A stretch of DNA of 63,350 bases, counting the filler, from Reclinomonas americana ATCC 50394 (taxonomy: Eukaryota): NCBI GenBank assembly GCA_048213135.1. It is 7 parts of 3 records of this genome, joined end to end, with 100 filler letters (N's around TTAATTAATTAA, not from the genome) between each part and the next. Parts side by side here need not be neighbours in the genome. Positions count along the whole stretch, not along the records: positions 30,717 to 39,311 come from PS015052.1; positions 39,412 to 53,693 come from PS015052.1; 5 more parts are not named here. One strand, written 5' to 3'. The notes under the pieces were generated by a model that saw nothing but the letters and a program-made list of their open reading frames with translations, was not told where the DNA came from and searched no databases. Position numbers and translations under genes: made by a program. Within the stretch, counting starts at the first letter, position 1. Each line of letters opens with the position of its first letter. Positions 37,738 through 49,108 of this stretch are shown here, piece by piece.

Positions 37738-38318
37738 TCAGTCGCACGCCAGATTCATGCGCCACACTGGTGTGCTGGACGCGGGATTGTCGGTGTACAT
37801 GGCAATGCTGGGCACGGTGCTGGCCAAGTCGATGAGCACCGTGCATTCGGTGCACCGCGAGCTCGGATCGGCCGTGTTGTCGGCATTGTACACTGGATAC
37901 TGCTTGTTCGCCGTGTCACCGAGGGCGGCAAGCAGGTCGCCAGCCGAGGTGGGCGCGTGCTGTGCAAACAGCTCCTCAATGCGCACAAAGCGACCATCGG
38001 AGTTTGGAGTGTCTTCCTGGGGCACGTCGAGGTGCAGGTAGCGATTTTCGTGCTGGTAGAACGAGGTGACGGTGTAGACGGAGCTCTGCGTGGGGCTGAC
38101 CTCGACATTGACACTGCGGCAAGCATGAGAGGAACAAACACTCTTGCGGCAGCGGCTCCAGCAGACGACTCACACTCGTGGGTCGGCGCGACTGCGACTG
38201 CACGAGCCGACATTCATGGAGAATCCGGAGGCGCGCTTGTCGGGATTGGCTGTCAGCAGGGTAATGGCGTCATCGATGGTGGAGGCGCTCAGAGCGCTGC
38301 GGACCATCCAGTCGCGAG
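37738..38318 (-). CDS. Peptidase C45 (AAT/Ntn-hydrolase, Tan-like), C-terminal exons
   Basis: RDWMVRSALSASTIDDAITLL...ASGFSMNV, VNVEVSP, HENRYLHL, S.GR...I and LLAALGD..NKQYPVY follow the C45 beta-subunit pattern. Confidence 0.7.
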
Positions 38319-38670
38319 CTGCGAGGGGGAGAAGGTAAAAGCGGAAAAGGTGAGAGGGAAGAAGGGGGGAGAAAGGGGTAGAATGGGGAAGGAAAGAGGG
38401 AGGAAAGGGGGAGAGAAAGGGGGAGAGAAAGGGGAGAAGGAGGGGGAGAAAGGGGGGGAAAGGGGNNNNNNNNNNNNNNNNNNNNTTCCGGGGATTTGTA
38501 AGTGACAAGAAAGAAATGGAATCGAAGTCCGAGATAACTTCCACGCACGTGCTGGGAGGGACAAGTGAACTGCAGCAGATGATGAGCAGACGTCCCCCTA
38601 CGGCGGAGGAGTGTTAAGTCACTTTACCTCTGTCCCACGCGTGTGTCCGCCAACTTGTATCGTCCGCATC

Positions 38671-39311
38671 ATGCGCACACACAACCTCCTCCTCCTCCTC
38701 CTCTGCCTGCTCGCCTGCACCTTTGCAGCAGCACACTCGACCATCATCGTGCCCACGTTTGTCGCGCAAGGCAGCACACCATATGCGGTTCATATCTCTC
38801 TTCTCTTTCTCTGTCTTCGCTCACTCTCTGCTCACGCTCACATGCCTGCAGGTGGGGCAAAGCATCGGCGAGCACTTTGCCGATCGCATTCAGATGTACT
38901 TGTGCGTCTTCCCTCCCCTCTCTCTCTCTCTCTCTCTCTGCAAATCCGAACACACTCTCACTCTCATGATTATCAATCAATCACTCGCCGATTTCTCCGC
39001 GCGCGCGCAGTGGCAACTACACGTTCCTGCAGCAAACCCTCCTGCCGTACTACGCCACCGCCAGTGGCAAGGCTGTAGTGGACGCCATGGTCAGCGCCGG
39101 ACGCAGCGCATTCCCTCAGTATTACGAGGTGCATGCTGTCGATACAGGCTTTTTTTCTTTGCAGACTCATTGCATATCGCGAGTAGGAGCTGATGGGTCT
39201 GTCGGATGGCGCCGGTGTACCTCTGGTGCAAACGTTGCTGATGAGCATGGAAGAGGACTTGGGCTTGTTGCTGGGCGACGACAACAGCAGTGTCGGCGGC
39301 GATGCCGAGAT
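38671..39311 (+). CDS. Peptidase C45, N-terminal exons with signal peptide (misordered/misoriented relative to its C-terminal part)
   Basis: Signal peptide MRTHNLLLLLLCLLACTFAAA; GSTPYA|VGQSIGEHFADRIQ and FPQYYE|ELMGLSDGAGVPL match the C45 alpha-subunit (G..Y..G...G..F...I; FP.Y..E..G.ADGAGV). The sequence is cut off before the catalytic Cys. Confidence 0.75.
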
Positions 39312-39411
39312 NNNNNNNNNNNNNNNNNNNNNNNNNNNNNNNNNNNNNNNNNNNNTTAATTAATTAANNNNNNNNNNNNNNNNNNNNNNNNNNNNNNNNN
39401 NNNNNNNNNNN

Positions 39412-40062
39412 GACGGCTCCGACCGCCCGCCCATGCCACCCGGTGCCTACGACAGCGACGTGCACCAGCCGTTGGGTGCCTACACAACACCACGTGGAGG
39501 TTTGAGTTCCCTACTCTCCCTCTTTCTCCCTTTATCCTACCCATTGCTCACCACCCACGCAGGAGACGACCGGCCGCGACGACGCGGCAGCCCGGACCTC
39601 CGCTCCCCAGTGCCAGACGAGCGAAGTCGCGAACGAGGCGATCGCGGTGAGCGTGAACGAAGCGACCGGGAACGAGGCGATCGGGATCGGGAGCGCGATC
39701 GTGAGAGGGAGCGAGATCGGGAGCGGGAACGCGAGCGCGAGAGAGGTGGTGGAAGCAGCAGTGGTGGTGGTGGCGGTGATCGCGAGAGGGAAAGGGATCG
39801 CGAACGGGAGCGCGGTGGCGATAGGGATCGCGACAGGGAGCGCGAACGAGAGAGGGAACGCGACAGAGGGCGCAGTGATCGTGATCGTGGGGAGCGGGGA
39901 GGTGAGCGATCAAGCAGCAGCAGCAGCAAGGCTCCGGAGGCCTCACCAGGGCCTCAATCGCCGTCCTCTGCCGCCGCCTCCTCAGGCTCCAAGAAGCGCG
40001 CTCGGTCTCCCGAGGGCGGCAGCGACGATGAGCATAGGAGTTCTCGACGCAGTCGGCGGTGA
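39412..40062 (+). CDS. FIP1: RD/RE-dipeptide-rich C-terminal exons, most likely of FIP1, on a flipped contig
   Basis: Arg-Asp/Glu repeats like the FIP1L1 C-terminus. The minus-strand FIP1 exon ends '...FDDRGRR' at the gap and this contig begins 'DGSDRPP'. Confidence 0.6.
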   Translation, partial: DGSDRPPMPPGAYDSDVHQPLGAYTTPRGGLSSLLSLFLPLSYPLLTTHAGDDRPRRRGSPDLRSPVPDERSRERGDRGERERSDRERGDRDRERDRERERDRERERERERGGGSSSGGGGGDRERERDRERERGGDRDRDRERERERERDRGRSDRDRGERGGERSSSSSSKAPEASPGPQSPSSAAASSGSKKRARSPEGGSDDEHRSSRRSRR

Positions 40063-40609
40063 TGATGGCCAGGGGAGAATGCAGCGAAGAGAATGTAATC
40101 CGACACTTAAGGGGGAGGACAGTGAGAGCGTGTCACAGGGGGAAGGGAGAGTGCTAGATAGGGGAAGGGGAGACAAGAAAGGAAGAAGGAGATGAAGAAG
40201 AAGGAGGAGGAAGAAGAAAAAANNNNNNNNNNNNNNNNNNNNNNNNNNNNNNNNNNNNNNNNNNNNNNNNNNNNNNNNNNNNNNNNNNNNNNNNNNNNNN
40301 NNNNNNNNNNNNNNNNNNNNNNNNNNNNNNNNNNNNNNNNNNNNNNNNNNNNNNNNNNNNNNNNNNNNNNNNNNNNNNNNNNNNNNNNNNNNNNNNNNNN
40401 NNNNNNNNNNNNNNNNNNNNNNNNNNNNNNNNNNNNNNNNNNNNNNNNNNNNNNNNNNNNNNNNNNNNNNNNNNNNNNNNNNNNNNNNNNNNNNNNNNNN
40501 NNNNNNNNNNNNNNNNNNNNNNNNNNNNNNNNNNNNNNNNNNNNNNNNNNNNNNNNNNNNNNNNNNNNNNNNNNNNNNNNNNNNNNNNNNNNNNNNNNNN
40601 NNNNNNNNN

Positions 40610-43600
40610 GCGTCGGCCGCGGTCGTCGAAGGGGGGTGGAGAGCGGCGGCCGCCCGGGGGCATCCATTTGACGGGTGGATTGGGACTGAGAGGCAAAGGG
40701 GGATTAAGGGAAAGGGGCAGAAAGGGAAAGGGGGTTTAAGGGAAAGGGATAGAAGGGAATAGGAGGAGAAGAAGAGAGGGGAAAGGGAAGAGGGGAAAGG
40801 GGATAGAGAGGGGAAGAGAAGAGGGAATAGGAAGAGAAGAAGAGAGAGGGGAATGGGATAGAAGGGGAAGGGATAGAAGGGGATAGGAGGAGAAGGAGAG
40901 AGAGGGGAATGGAAAGAGGGGAAAGGAAAGAGGGGAAAGGGGATAGAGAGGGGAAAGAGAAGAGGGAGCGGTAGAAAGAAGAGAGCAAAAGAAATGAAAT
41001 AAGAGGGCGAGTATGCACTAACCGCATCATTCCCGGACCGCCAAATCCAGGAGGTGGCGGCATGTCGGGGTAGAAGGGTGGTGGTGGCATATCTCGACGG
41101 CCTGCGAAGACAGCGCATGAGCCGCAGACATCAAATACGTCGCACTTTCAAAAATGTAGCCCACCTGGTAGTGACGGCGCCGGCAGCACACCACCCGCAC
41201 CACTGGTACCGCCCGGTGGCATGCCCATGGAGGGCGGCGGTGGTCCGCCGTTGCCGCCCATGGACGCCGGTGGCATGAGAGGGTAGCCCATGCCGGGTGG
41301 GGGTGGTGGGTAGCGCATGGGTGGTGGCTGCTGCTGTTGCTGCTGCTGTTGTTGTTGCTGTCGCATGTTGTCGTTGGGGGCGGAGAGGTGCTCGCGGCGG
41401 AACTTTTCCGAGCGGAGCATCTTTTGCAGGGCGGCGTATTGCTTGAAGGTTTGTGAGTTGAAGCCGTAGTTGAAGAAGTCGGAGATGTCCACGCCTAGTA
41501 GGGGGAAGGTTTGAGGCAAAGGTGGGGAAGGGAGAAGGGGGGATAAGGGGAGAGGAGAGAGAAGGAAAAGAGAAGGAACAGAAGAGAGAAGGAAAAGAGA
41601 GAGAGAGAGAGATGCAGAGAAGAATGTGGCAAAGGGCGGAAATGGGGAAGGGAAGGGGGTGAAAGAAAATAGAGACAGAGGAGAGAGAAGGAAAAGACAG
41701 AGAGAGAAGAACATATACACATACGGGTTGAGAGAGATGTAGAGAAGTAGAATGAGGCAAAGTGGGGATATGGGAAAGGAGCGAAGGAAAAGAGAGGAGA
41801 GAAGGAACATATGCACAAACGGAAAGAGAGAGACATGTAGAGAAGTAGAATGAGGCAGAGGAGAAAAGGGAAGGTAGCGAAGGAAAGGAGAGGTGAGAGA
41901 GAGAAAGAACACATACAAAAACGGAAAGAGAGAGATGTGGAGAAGTAGAATGTGGAAGAGAAGGGGGTGAAAGAAAAGAGAGGAGAGAAGGAAAAGAGAG
42001 AGAACATATGCACAAACGGAAAGAGAGAGAGATGTAGAGAAGTAGAATGAGGCAAAGGAAGGAAGCGACATAAAAAGAGAGAGGAGAAAGGACGGAATGG
42101 AGAGAGAAGGAACCCCACAAACAGAAAGAGAGAGTGAGAGATGAAGAGAAGTAGAATGAAGCACAGGGGGAAAGGGAAGGTAGCGAAGGAAAGGAGAGGA
42201 GAGACTACGATGAAAAAGTTTAATGGAGAGAGAAGGCACCCCACAGAAAGAGAGAAAGAGAGATGAAGAGAAGTAGAATGCGGCAAACAGGGGAAATGGG
42301 GAAGAGAAGGGGGCGAAAGAAATAGAGAGAAGAGACTACGATGAAAAAGTTGAATGGCGAGAGAAGGACCCCCACAAACAGAAAGAGAGAGAGAGAGAAA
42401 GAGGTAGAAAAAGGAGGGGAAGAAAAACAACAACTGAAAATTGAGCGAGGGAAGAAACAAACCTGGCTGCGTCCACGGCTTGTCGACCTGCTTGTCCGGG
42501 TCCTCGTCCCACATGTCCATGTTGACAAATGGTCCGCCCGTGAAGTGCGCCGCCGAGAGACTGGCGACGTTGCCTTCCACTGTGTGGAGAAGAGGTCAGC
42601 CGACAGACTCCCGTCACCTCCTCCTGTTCCTTCGAAAGACGCAACTCTGCGGTCCCTTCAATGCCGCTCCCGCACCACCCTGCGCACCGCGCCCGCCGCG
42701 GTCGCCGTACGCGATGCTCATTTGGCCGCCGCCCTGGCGACCACTGCCGCCGCTGGGGCCGCCAGAGGGGGCGCCGAAGCCCGGGCCGGTGTCGTTGATG
42801 ACGAATTCGACGGATTCCTCGCTGAAAAAGGAAAAGGGGAAGGGTGAGGGAGGGGGAAGAAAAAGGGAATGGCGAGGAGAAGAGAGAGGGGGGATAGACG
42901 GGTGCAAGACGGAATAGAAGAATGCGCAGAAGAGAGCTGGCATCCATCGGAAACAAGTCCAACAGAGAGGTGGACAAATGAAACGGCACGCGGAAGGAGA
43001 GAAAGAGAGAGAGAGAAAGTGGTCGTGAAGTATGAGAAAAAGGAGAAGGATTGGCGTGTGAGTGCAGTGTCCAGCAGCACAACAACAGTAGCAATGTGAC
43101 GGGAGAGAGAGAGCGTGCGCGGAACCAAGACCCTGTGCAAGACGATCGAGAAGGAAGAGAGCGAGGGAATCAAGACAAGGGAAAGCGCAGAGGAAAACCC
43201 CCCAGTGGTAAATCAGAAAGAGAGAGAACGATTGCGCGAGAGATTGTATGAGAAGTGGAAAGAAAGCAGGAGTTCAGGAATACAATAAAGAGCACAAGGA
43301 TACCAGACTCCGCACGGAAAGTGTGTGGGACAGAGAGGGAGAGAGAGCAAGAAACCAAACACTGCATGACAAGATATTGAGAACATTTGTGCGATAGACA
43401 GGATGGAAAGGGAGAGAAAGCAAGAGTCGAGCAATACAACGGAGAGCACACGGAGGGATACCAGATTCCGCACGGTGAGAGAGAGAGAAAGAGAAACCAG
43501 ACACTGCATGAGAAGGAGAAAGAGAGCGAAGGAAACAATGCTTAGAATAGAAACGAGACAGATTGTGTAAGAATGAGAAAGAAGCATGCGGAGCGGGAGT

Positions 43601-44451
43601 CGGGGAATGGGAGAGACCCTGACGAGCAGACAGCCCTCGTGTAGACTCGGCGCGCTATTGCACCCACAACAAACCTTTCATCACTCTCATACTCCTCCTC
43701 CCCGTCTGTTACTGCTTGTACACCACCAGCAAGCGGATCCCCCTCATTATCATCGTCACCGATTGCATTCCCATCGCCAGCATCAGCACTCCCATCAGCC
43801 TTGCCAGCACTTCAGACAAGACAGTCAATGACCCGAACGTTGAGCAATGCGTGGTGAGAGGATTGTGAGACCTGTGCTCGTCAAAGCCCATGGCAGCGTC
43901 GACAGCGGCAGTGGATCCAGCTGGGAAGGGAGACGGGGTGAGTGGAGAAAGACAAGTAAAGACAGTCGAAAGAGAGAAAGAAGGGAGGAGAGAGAGAAAT
44001 GGAGAGCGAGAGAGAGAGAGGGAGAGAGCGAGACAAAGAGAGAGAGAAAGAGCGAGACAAAGAGAGAGAGAGAGAAAGAGCGAGACAAAGAGAGAGAGAG
44101 AAAGAGCGAGACAAAGAGAGAGAGAAAGAGAGTCATGGAGAGAAACAGAGAGAGAGAAAGAGCGAGACTAAAGAGAGAAAGAGCGAGTCATGGAGAGAGA
44201 GAGAAAATAATGAGAGAAATGGAGATTGAAAGAGAGAGAGANNNNNNNNNNNNNNNNNNNNNNNNNNNNNNNNNNNNNNNNNNNNNNNNNNNNNNNNNNN
44301 NNNNNNNNNNNNNNNNNNNNNNNNNNNNNNNNNNNNNNNNNNNNNNNNNNNNNNNNNNNNNTATTTCGCCCCATTTTTTTTTTCGTTGTCTGTGTTGCGC
44401 GCGCGTACCAGAGCCAAAGAGCGCGGCGTAATCGTCGTCATCGTCGGCCAT
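40610..44451 (-). CDS. FIP1: Pre-mRNA 3'-end processing factor FIP1 (FIP1L1); ATG at 44451, about 8 exons
   Basis: Acidic N-terminus (MADDDDDYAALFG; EEEYESDES|EESVEFVIND), the Fip1 motif DEDPDKQVDKPWTQP|GVDISDFFNYGFNSQTFKQY, then a Pro-rich region. Confidence 0.9.
41520..42420. repeat. Degenerate purine-rich minisatellite (~100-bp period) within a ~1-kb FIP1 intron
   Basis: About six recurrences of GAGAGATGTAGAGAAGTAGAATG(A)GGCA-like cores. Confidence 0.7.
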
Positions 44452-44808
44452 TTAGCGCTCGCTCACTTGCAGAGATGAAAGGGACAGATGCGCGTCCTGT
44501 GCGTGTCCTGTGCGCGGGAAACTCAAATTTGTTTTTTGTGTGTCGCGATGGTGAGCGCGTGCAGAGAGTAAGAGAGGGAGGAAAAGAGAGACAAAGGGGG
44601 TGCGCTGTGGGTGAAAGAAGAGAAAGAGAGCAGTGAAATTGAGTTGTTTTTTCTCTCACAGACAGGTGTTCACTGTGAGAGTGAGTGAGTGAGTGTGTGT
44701 GTGTGTGTGACAGAGAGGCAGAGGCAGAGGGAATGCGTGCTGTGCCTGAGAGAAGAAGAAAAACGCGCACAATTTGAGTTGTTTTTTCTCACTGACTGTT
44801 ACTCATTG

Positions 44809-44898
<90 letters not shown>

Positions 44899-45503
44899 GA
44901 CGACGACGACGTACGTACGNNNNNNNNNNNNNNNNNNNNGAAGGGCGATTTGAGACAAGGGCGGGGAAGCAGAATGGGAAGACTTGGATGTCATAGAGCG
45001 AGAGAATGCGCCTTCTCGTTCTGTTGTCTTTTGTTCTCTTCCCTTGTCTTGGAGAGAGGGAGAAGAGGAGGGCGATCTGAGACAAGGGAAGGCGAGGATT
45101 CGTGCTCTCTTTTTCTTGTCCTTTGGTCTCTTACCCTTGTCGGGGAAGGGGAGGGCGTGTGTGTGTATGTGTGAGAGAGAGAGAGAGGGAGAGAGACGCA
45201 CGAGCGATTGTCTCTCTTCGGCGATCTTGTGCACTCCCTTCTGTCTGTTCTCTGGTGTTCCCTCCTCCTCCGTTTCTTCTGCGTATTGCTTTCTCTCTGC
45301 GAGAGAGAGAGACCCACGAGCTATTTACTCTCTGCGGCGATATTGTGCACTCCCTCCTCTCGTTTATCTGGTGCCCTCTTTTCTTCGTATCCTTTGTGTG
45401 CTACATTGTCTGCCAAACCTGCAGTGCGTGTCTCTCTTTCTCATTCTAATATCCCTTTCCCTCACCCCTTCCCCTTTTCTCACCTCATTGCCCCATCCCA
45501 CAG

Positions 45504-45847
45504 CTACGCCAGCCTCTTCTTCATCTTCTGCGTCGACAAGAGCGACAACGAGCTGGTGTCGCTGGAGCTGATCCATCACCTCGTCGAGGTACTAGACCGG
45601 TACTTTGGCAACGTGTGCGAGCTCGACCTCATCTTCAACTTCCACAAGGCGTACTACATTATCGATGAAGTTGCGGGGGTGTGGACGGAGGGTGTGGGGG
45701 AAGGTATCTTTGGCCTTTGCTCATTTGCGACTGCAGATGTTCCTCGCCGGCGAAGTACAAGAGAGCTCCAAGAAGAGCATTCTGCGTGCCGTTGCCGCGC
45801 AAGATCAACTGATGGACAGCTTCTCCGACCCGAAGACCGAGACGTGA
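45504..45847 (+). CDS. AP1S1: AP-1 adaptor complex sigma subunit, last two exons 45504-45669 and 45737-45847; 5' exons missing (probably in the 44920 gap)
   Basis: [80 protein letters not shown] is the AP sigma consensus; YASL, LDRYFG.VCELD and KAY indicate sigma-1. Confidence 0.9.
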
Positions 45848-46435
45848 TGGGAGTGGTGGGAGAGGAAAAACATGTCCGCCGGGGTGGCAAGGATGCGGAG
45901 GTGTTGAATGTACCGATCCGTAGTCAAAGGAGGCTAAAGGTGAATGGAAATGCATAAAGTTCCGAGAGAAATTATGAGAAGAAAGGAATATGACCCTGAC
46001 AAGAAGATTCGACGTCCGCTGCGCCGCCCTAATTGCAAAAAGAACAAAATTAAAAGATAGAGTCAAGGAAATGCATCAAGGTGCTGCCATGATGCTTTCT
46101 TGTACTCTGTGTGGAGTTGTTGTCCATCATCATTTTAGCACCCAGCTTCCCCAGATCCATGTTCTCTCTGTGAGAGATGCTGAAAACAAAGAGACATGCA
46201 TTGCGCATGCGCATGCTGGTGATGGAGAACAATCGCAGCTGACGATGCACCCAAGGTTGCCCAGTTCTCTGACACTCCCTCTCTCCTCACTCCTTCCTCC
46301 TCCTCCCCCTTCACATCACGACTTGTCACCATTTTCATCTTGCTGTTCGAATCAATGAATCTTTCTTCTCTCTCTTCGTTTCTTGCATCACGCAGTGCGC
46401 GCGTGTGTGCGAGACAACAGCAAAGACACACACAG

Positions 46436-49038
46436 ATGGCCTCTCGACCTCCTCCTCCGCCTCCACGCTCTCACTCAACAACAACAACAACAACAACAAC
46501 AACCCCTTCGTTGCCAATGTCTGCCTCTTCTCTGCCTGACGAGAAAGCAGACATGATGCTCGTCGACAGCAAGCAGCATGTGACACCGACGCCAGTGATG
46601 CATTCCTCCTCTCCCTCTAGCAACATCAAAAAGAGCGCATCGGGGTCGTCTGCTCATCGTGGTGTGCCTGCGATGGCGAGGCGACGAGTGCCTTTCTCCT
46701 CGTCCTCTTCCACGTCTGTCACCACCACCAGTGTCACTGCCAAGAAAGGTGTGTGTGTGTNNNNNNNNNNNNNNNNNNNNNNNNNNNNNNNNNNNNNNNN
46801 NNNNNNNNNNNNNNNNNNNNNNNNNNNNNNNNNNNNNNNNNNNNNNNNNNNNNNNNNNNNNNNNNNNNNNNNNNNNNNNNNNNNNNNNNNNNNNNNNNNN
46901 NNNNNNNNNNNNNNNNNNNNNNNNNNNNNNNNNNNNNNNNNNNNNNNNNNNNNNNNNNNNNNNNNNNNNNNNNNNNNNNNNNNNNNNNNNNNNNNNNNNN
47001 NNNNNNNNNNNNNNNNNNNNNNNNNNNNNNNNNNNNNNNNNNNNNNNNNNNNNNNNNNNNNNNNNNNNNNNNNNNNNNNNNNNNNNNNNNNNNNNNNNNN
47101 NNNNNNNNNNNNNNNNNNNNNNNNNNNNNNNNNNNNNNNNNNNNNNNNNNNNNNNNNNNNNNNNNNNTGCGTCTCTCTCTTGCTGTCTTTGATGTTCTCG
47201 CGTCACGTGATTTCTCACCTGGGTGGTACATGCACGCAGCTGCTCACCAGGAGCGCGTGGAACCCTCAGCGATGGGATACATCGTCGAGGTACAATAATT
47301 GTGTGTCATCCCAAGATAAGCATGCCTCTCACTTGCCTTCTCTCTCTCCCTTGGCATGATTGCACAGCAACGTGCGAGAAGGCAGCGAGTTGACTCGTCT
47401 CTGGTGGATCACAGTGAGGACTTGCCTGCACGTGACTCAGTTGAGACATCATCCCGCAAGCGTTCTCTGGAGGTGAGCTCCGATGCGGCATGCGTCTCAC
47501 TTGGCTCTCTCTTATGCATCGCAGTTGGCACCTGATGTTTCATACATTCTCTGCAGGTGGATGCATCCAGCGATGACGAGATTGCACCGCCGAAGAAGAA
47601 GAAGAAAGTGAGGATTCTCTGTCATTGTCATTATTGTGCTTGTTCATAGATCTGCAGTTGGGTTCCATGTGCCAATGATGCGTGTTGTGGATTCACAGCG
47701 TGGCAAGACTCGGGCTGCGAAGAAGCCAGAGGAGTTGAACACAGACGAGAAGCTGCTGCTGAACAAGCTGCTTGTTGCGTGTGCTTGTCACTCTGTCATC
47801 ATTGCAACCCAGCTCTATCCTCCTTCTCTTTTTTGCACTCACCATTCTTACTGTGTCACGCAGCGATGCAATCGGAAGCGGATTCTGGTGAAGGCATTCG
47901 GATTGATGGCACCCATTGTTCAGGGGTCCACTGTCGTCCACCATCAGAGCGTTGTCTTCGAGATTGCATGTGACGACTGCGGGATTCCATTGTCGGAGCC
48001 GGGTTGTACGTCGTCTGCAGTCAAGTGTGCGTTTGGCAACAAGCTTGGCGTGAGTGCCAGTGCTGCACGCAACAGAGCGCCCAAATCAGTTGAGGGTGTG
48101 CTCCAGAGCGTGAGCAACTACATCGAGGTGAGCGAACATTCTTGGCGACGACCATGACATGTGAACCAACATGCAGATGATTGCAATCTGCAGATGAGCC
48201 AGCTCTCTGGCGAGGCTCTGGCGGATGCTGTTGAGAGACCGCTGATTGTCGTGGATGAGCGCGGATATTCGGAGGTGCATTGTTTTGCATGATCTTTAGT
48301 GGCTGTTACGATCGTGTCCATTGATCTTCACCCTCGACCTCGTGTGGCAGGAATCATGGGCGAAACTGCGTTCGCAGAGCAGGAACATGATTGACCAGCT
48401 TCTGCCATTTGTCAAACAGGCCATATATGTGATGCGCGAATGTGATGGTCTCATGGCTGCTTTGCTTCGAGACAATCACCTCACTGAGGCCGAGATATCA
48501 CGCGCCGTCACGTGGTGCCGATCGAAAGGTCTGCAATCTCATACCGCTGTTGGTGTTGCTGGTGTTGGTGTTGACCAGCACCACGCAGAATATGGCGATG
48601 TGAAGATGGTGGTGAAGAAGGAGGAGGAAAATGACGGAGAGGATGATGTCGTCAAGTTCGAAGACGATGACATCAAGGTATGCAGCAATAGTGTGCGAGC
48701 AACAAAAGCTGCGGGCGCGCAAGTCTTCGTCGACCATCGATATCTTGCGTGTTCACAGGCGGATGCAGGGAGTGACAATGACGGAGGAACAAAGTCGAGC
48801 AAGGTACGGCGATGCCCGATGTTTGTGGATGGTTGGTGAGGCAGGTGTTGACTTTGTGGTTGTTGCACGGGGTATGCACTTGCAGCGCGTCAAGAGTGGT
48901 CGCCATGTATTCGATGCGGAGATGAGCAAGGACGAGCAGATGGTGCTGGACAGACTTCATGTTGCGTGTGTATGTCCACAACACCTCAGCAAGGCAGAGT
49001 GATTGCCCTCTACCATGATTTTGCCTGTCATAACACCT

Positions 49039-49108
<70 letters not shown>

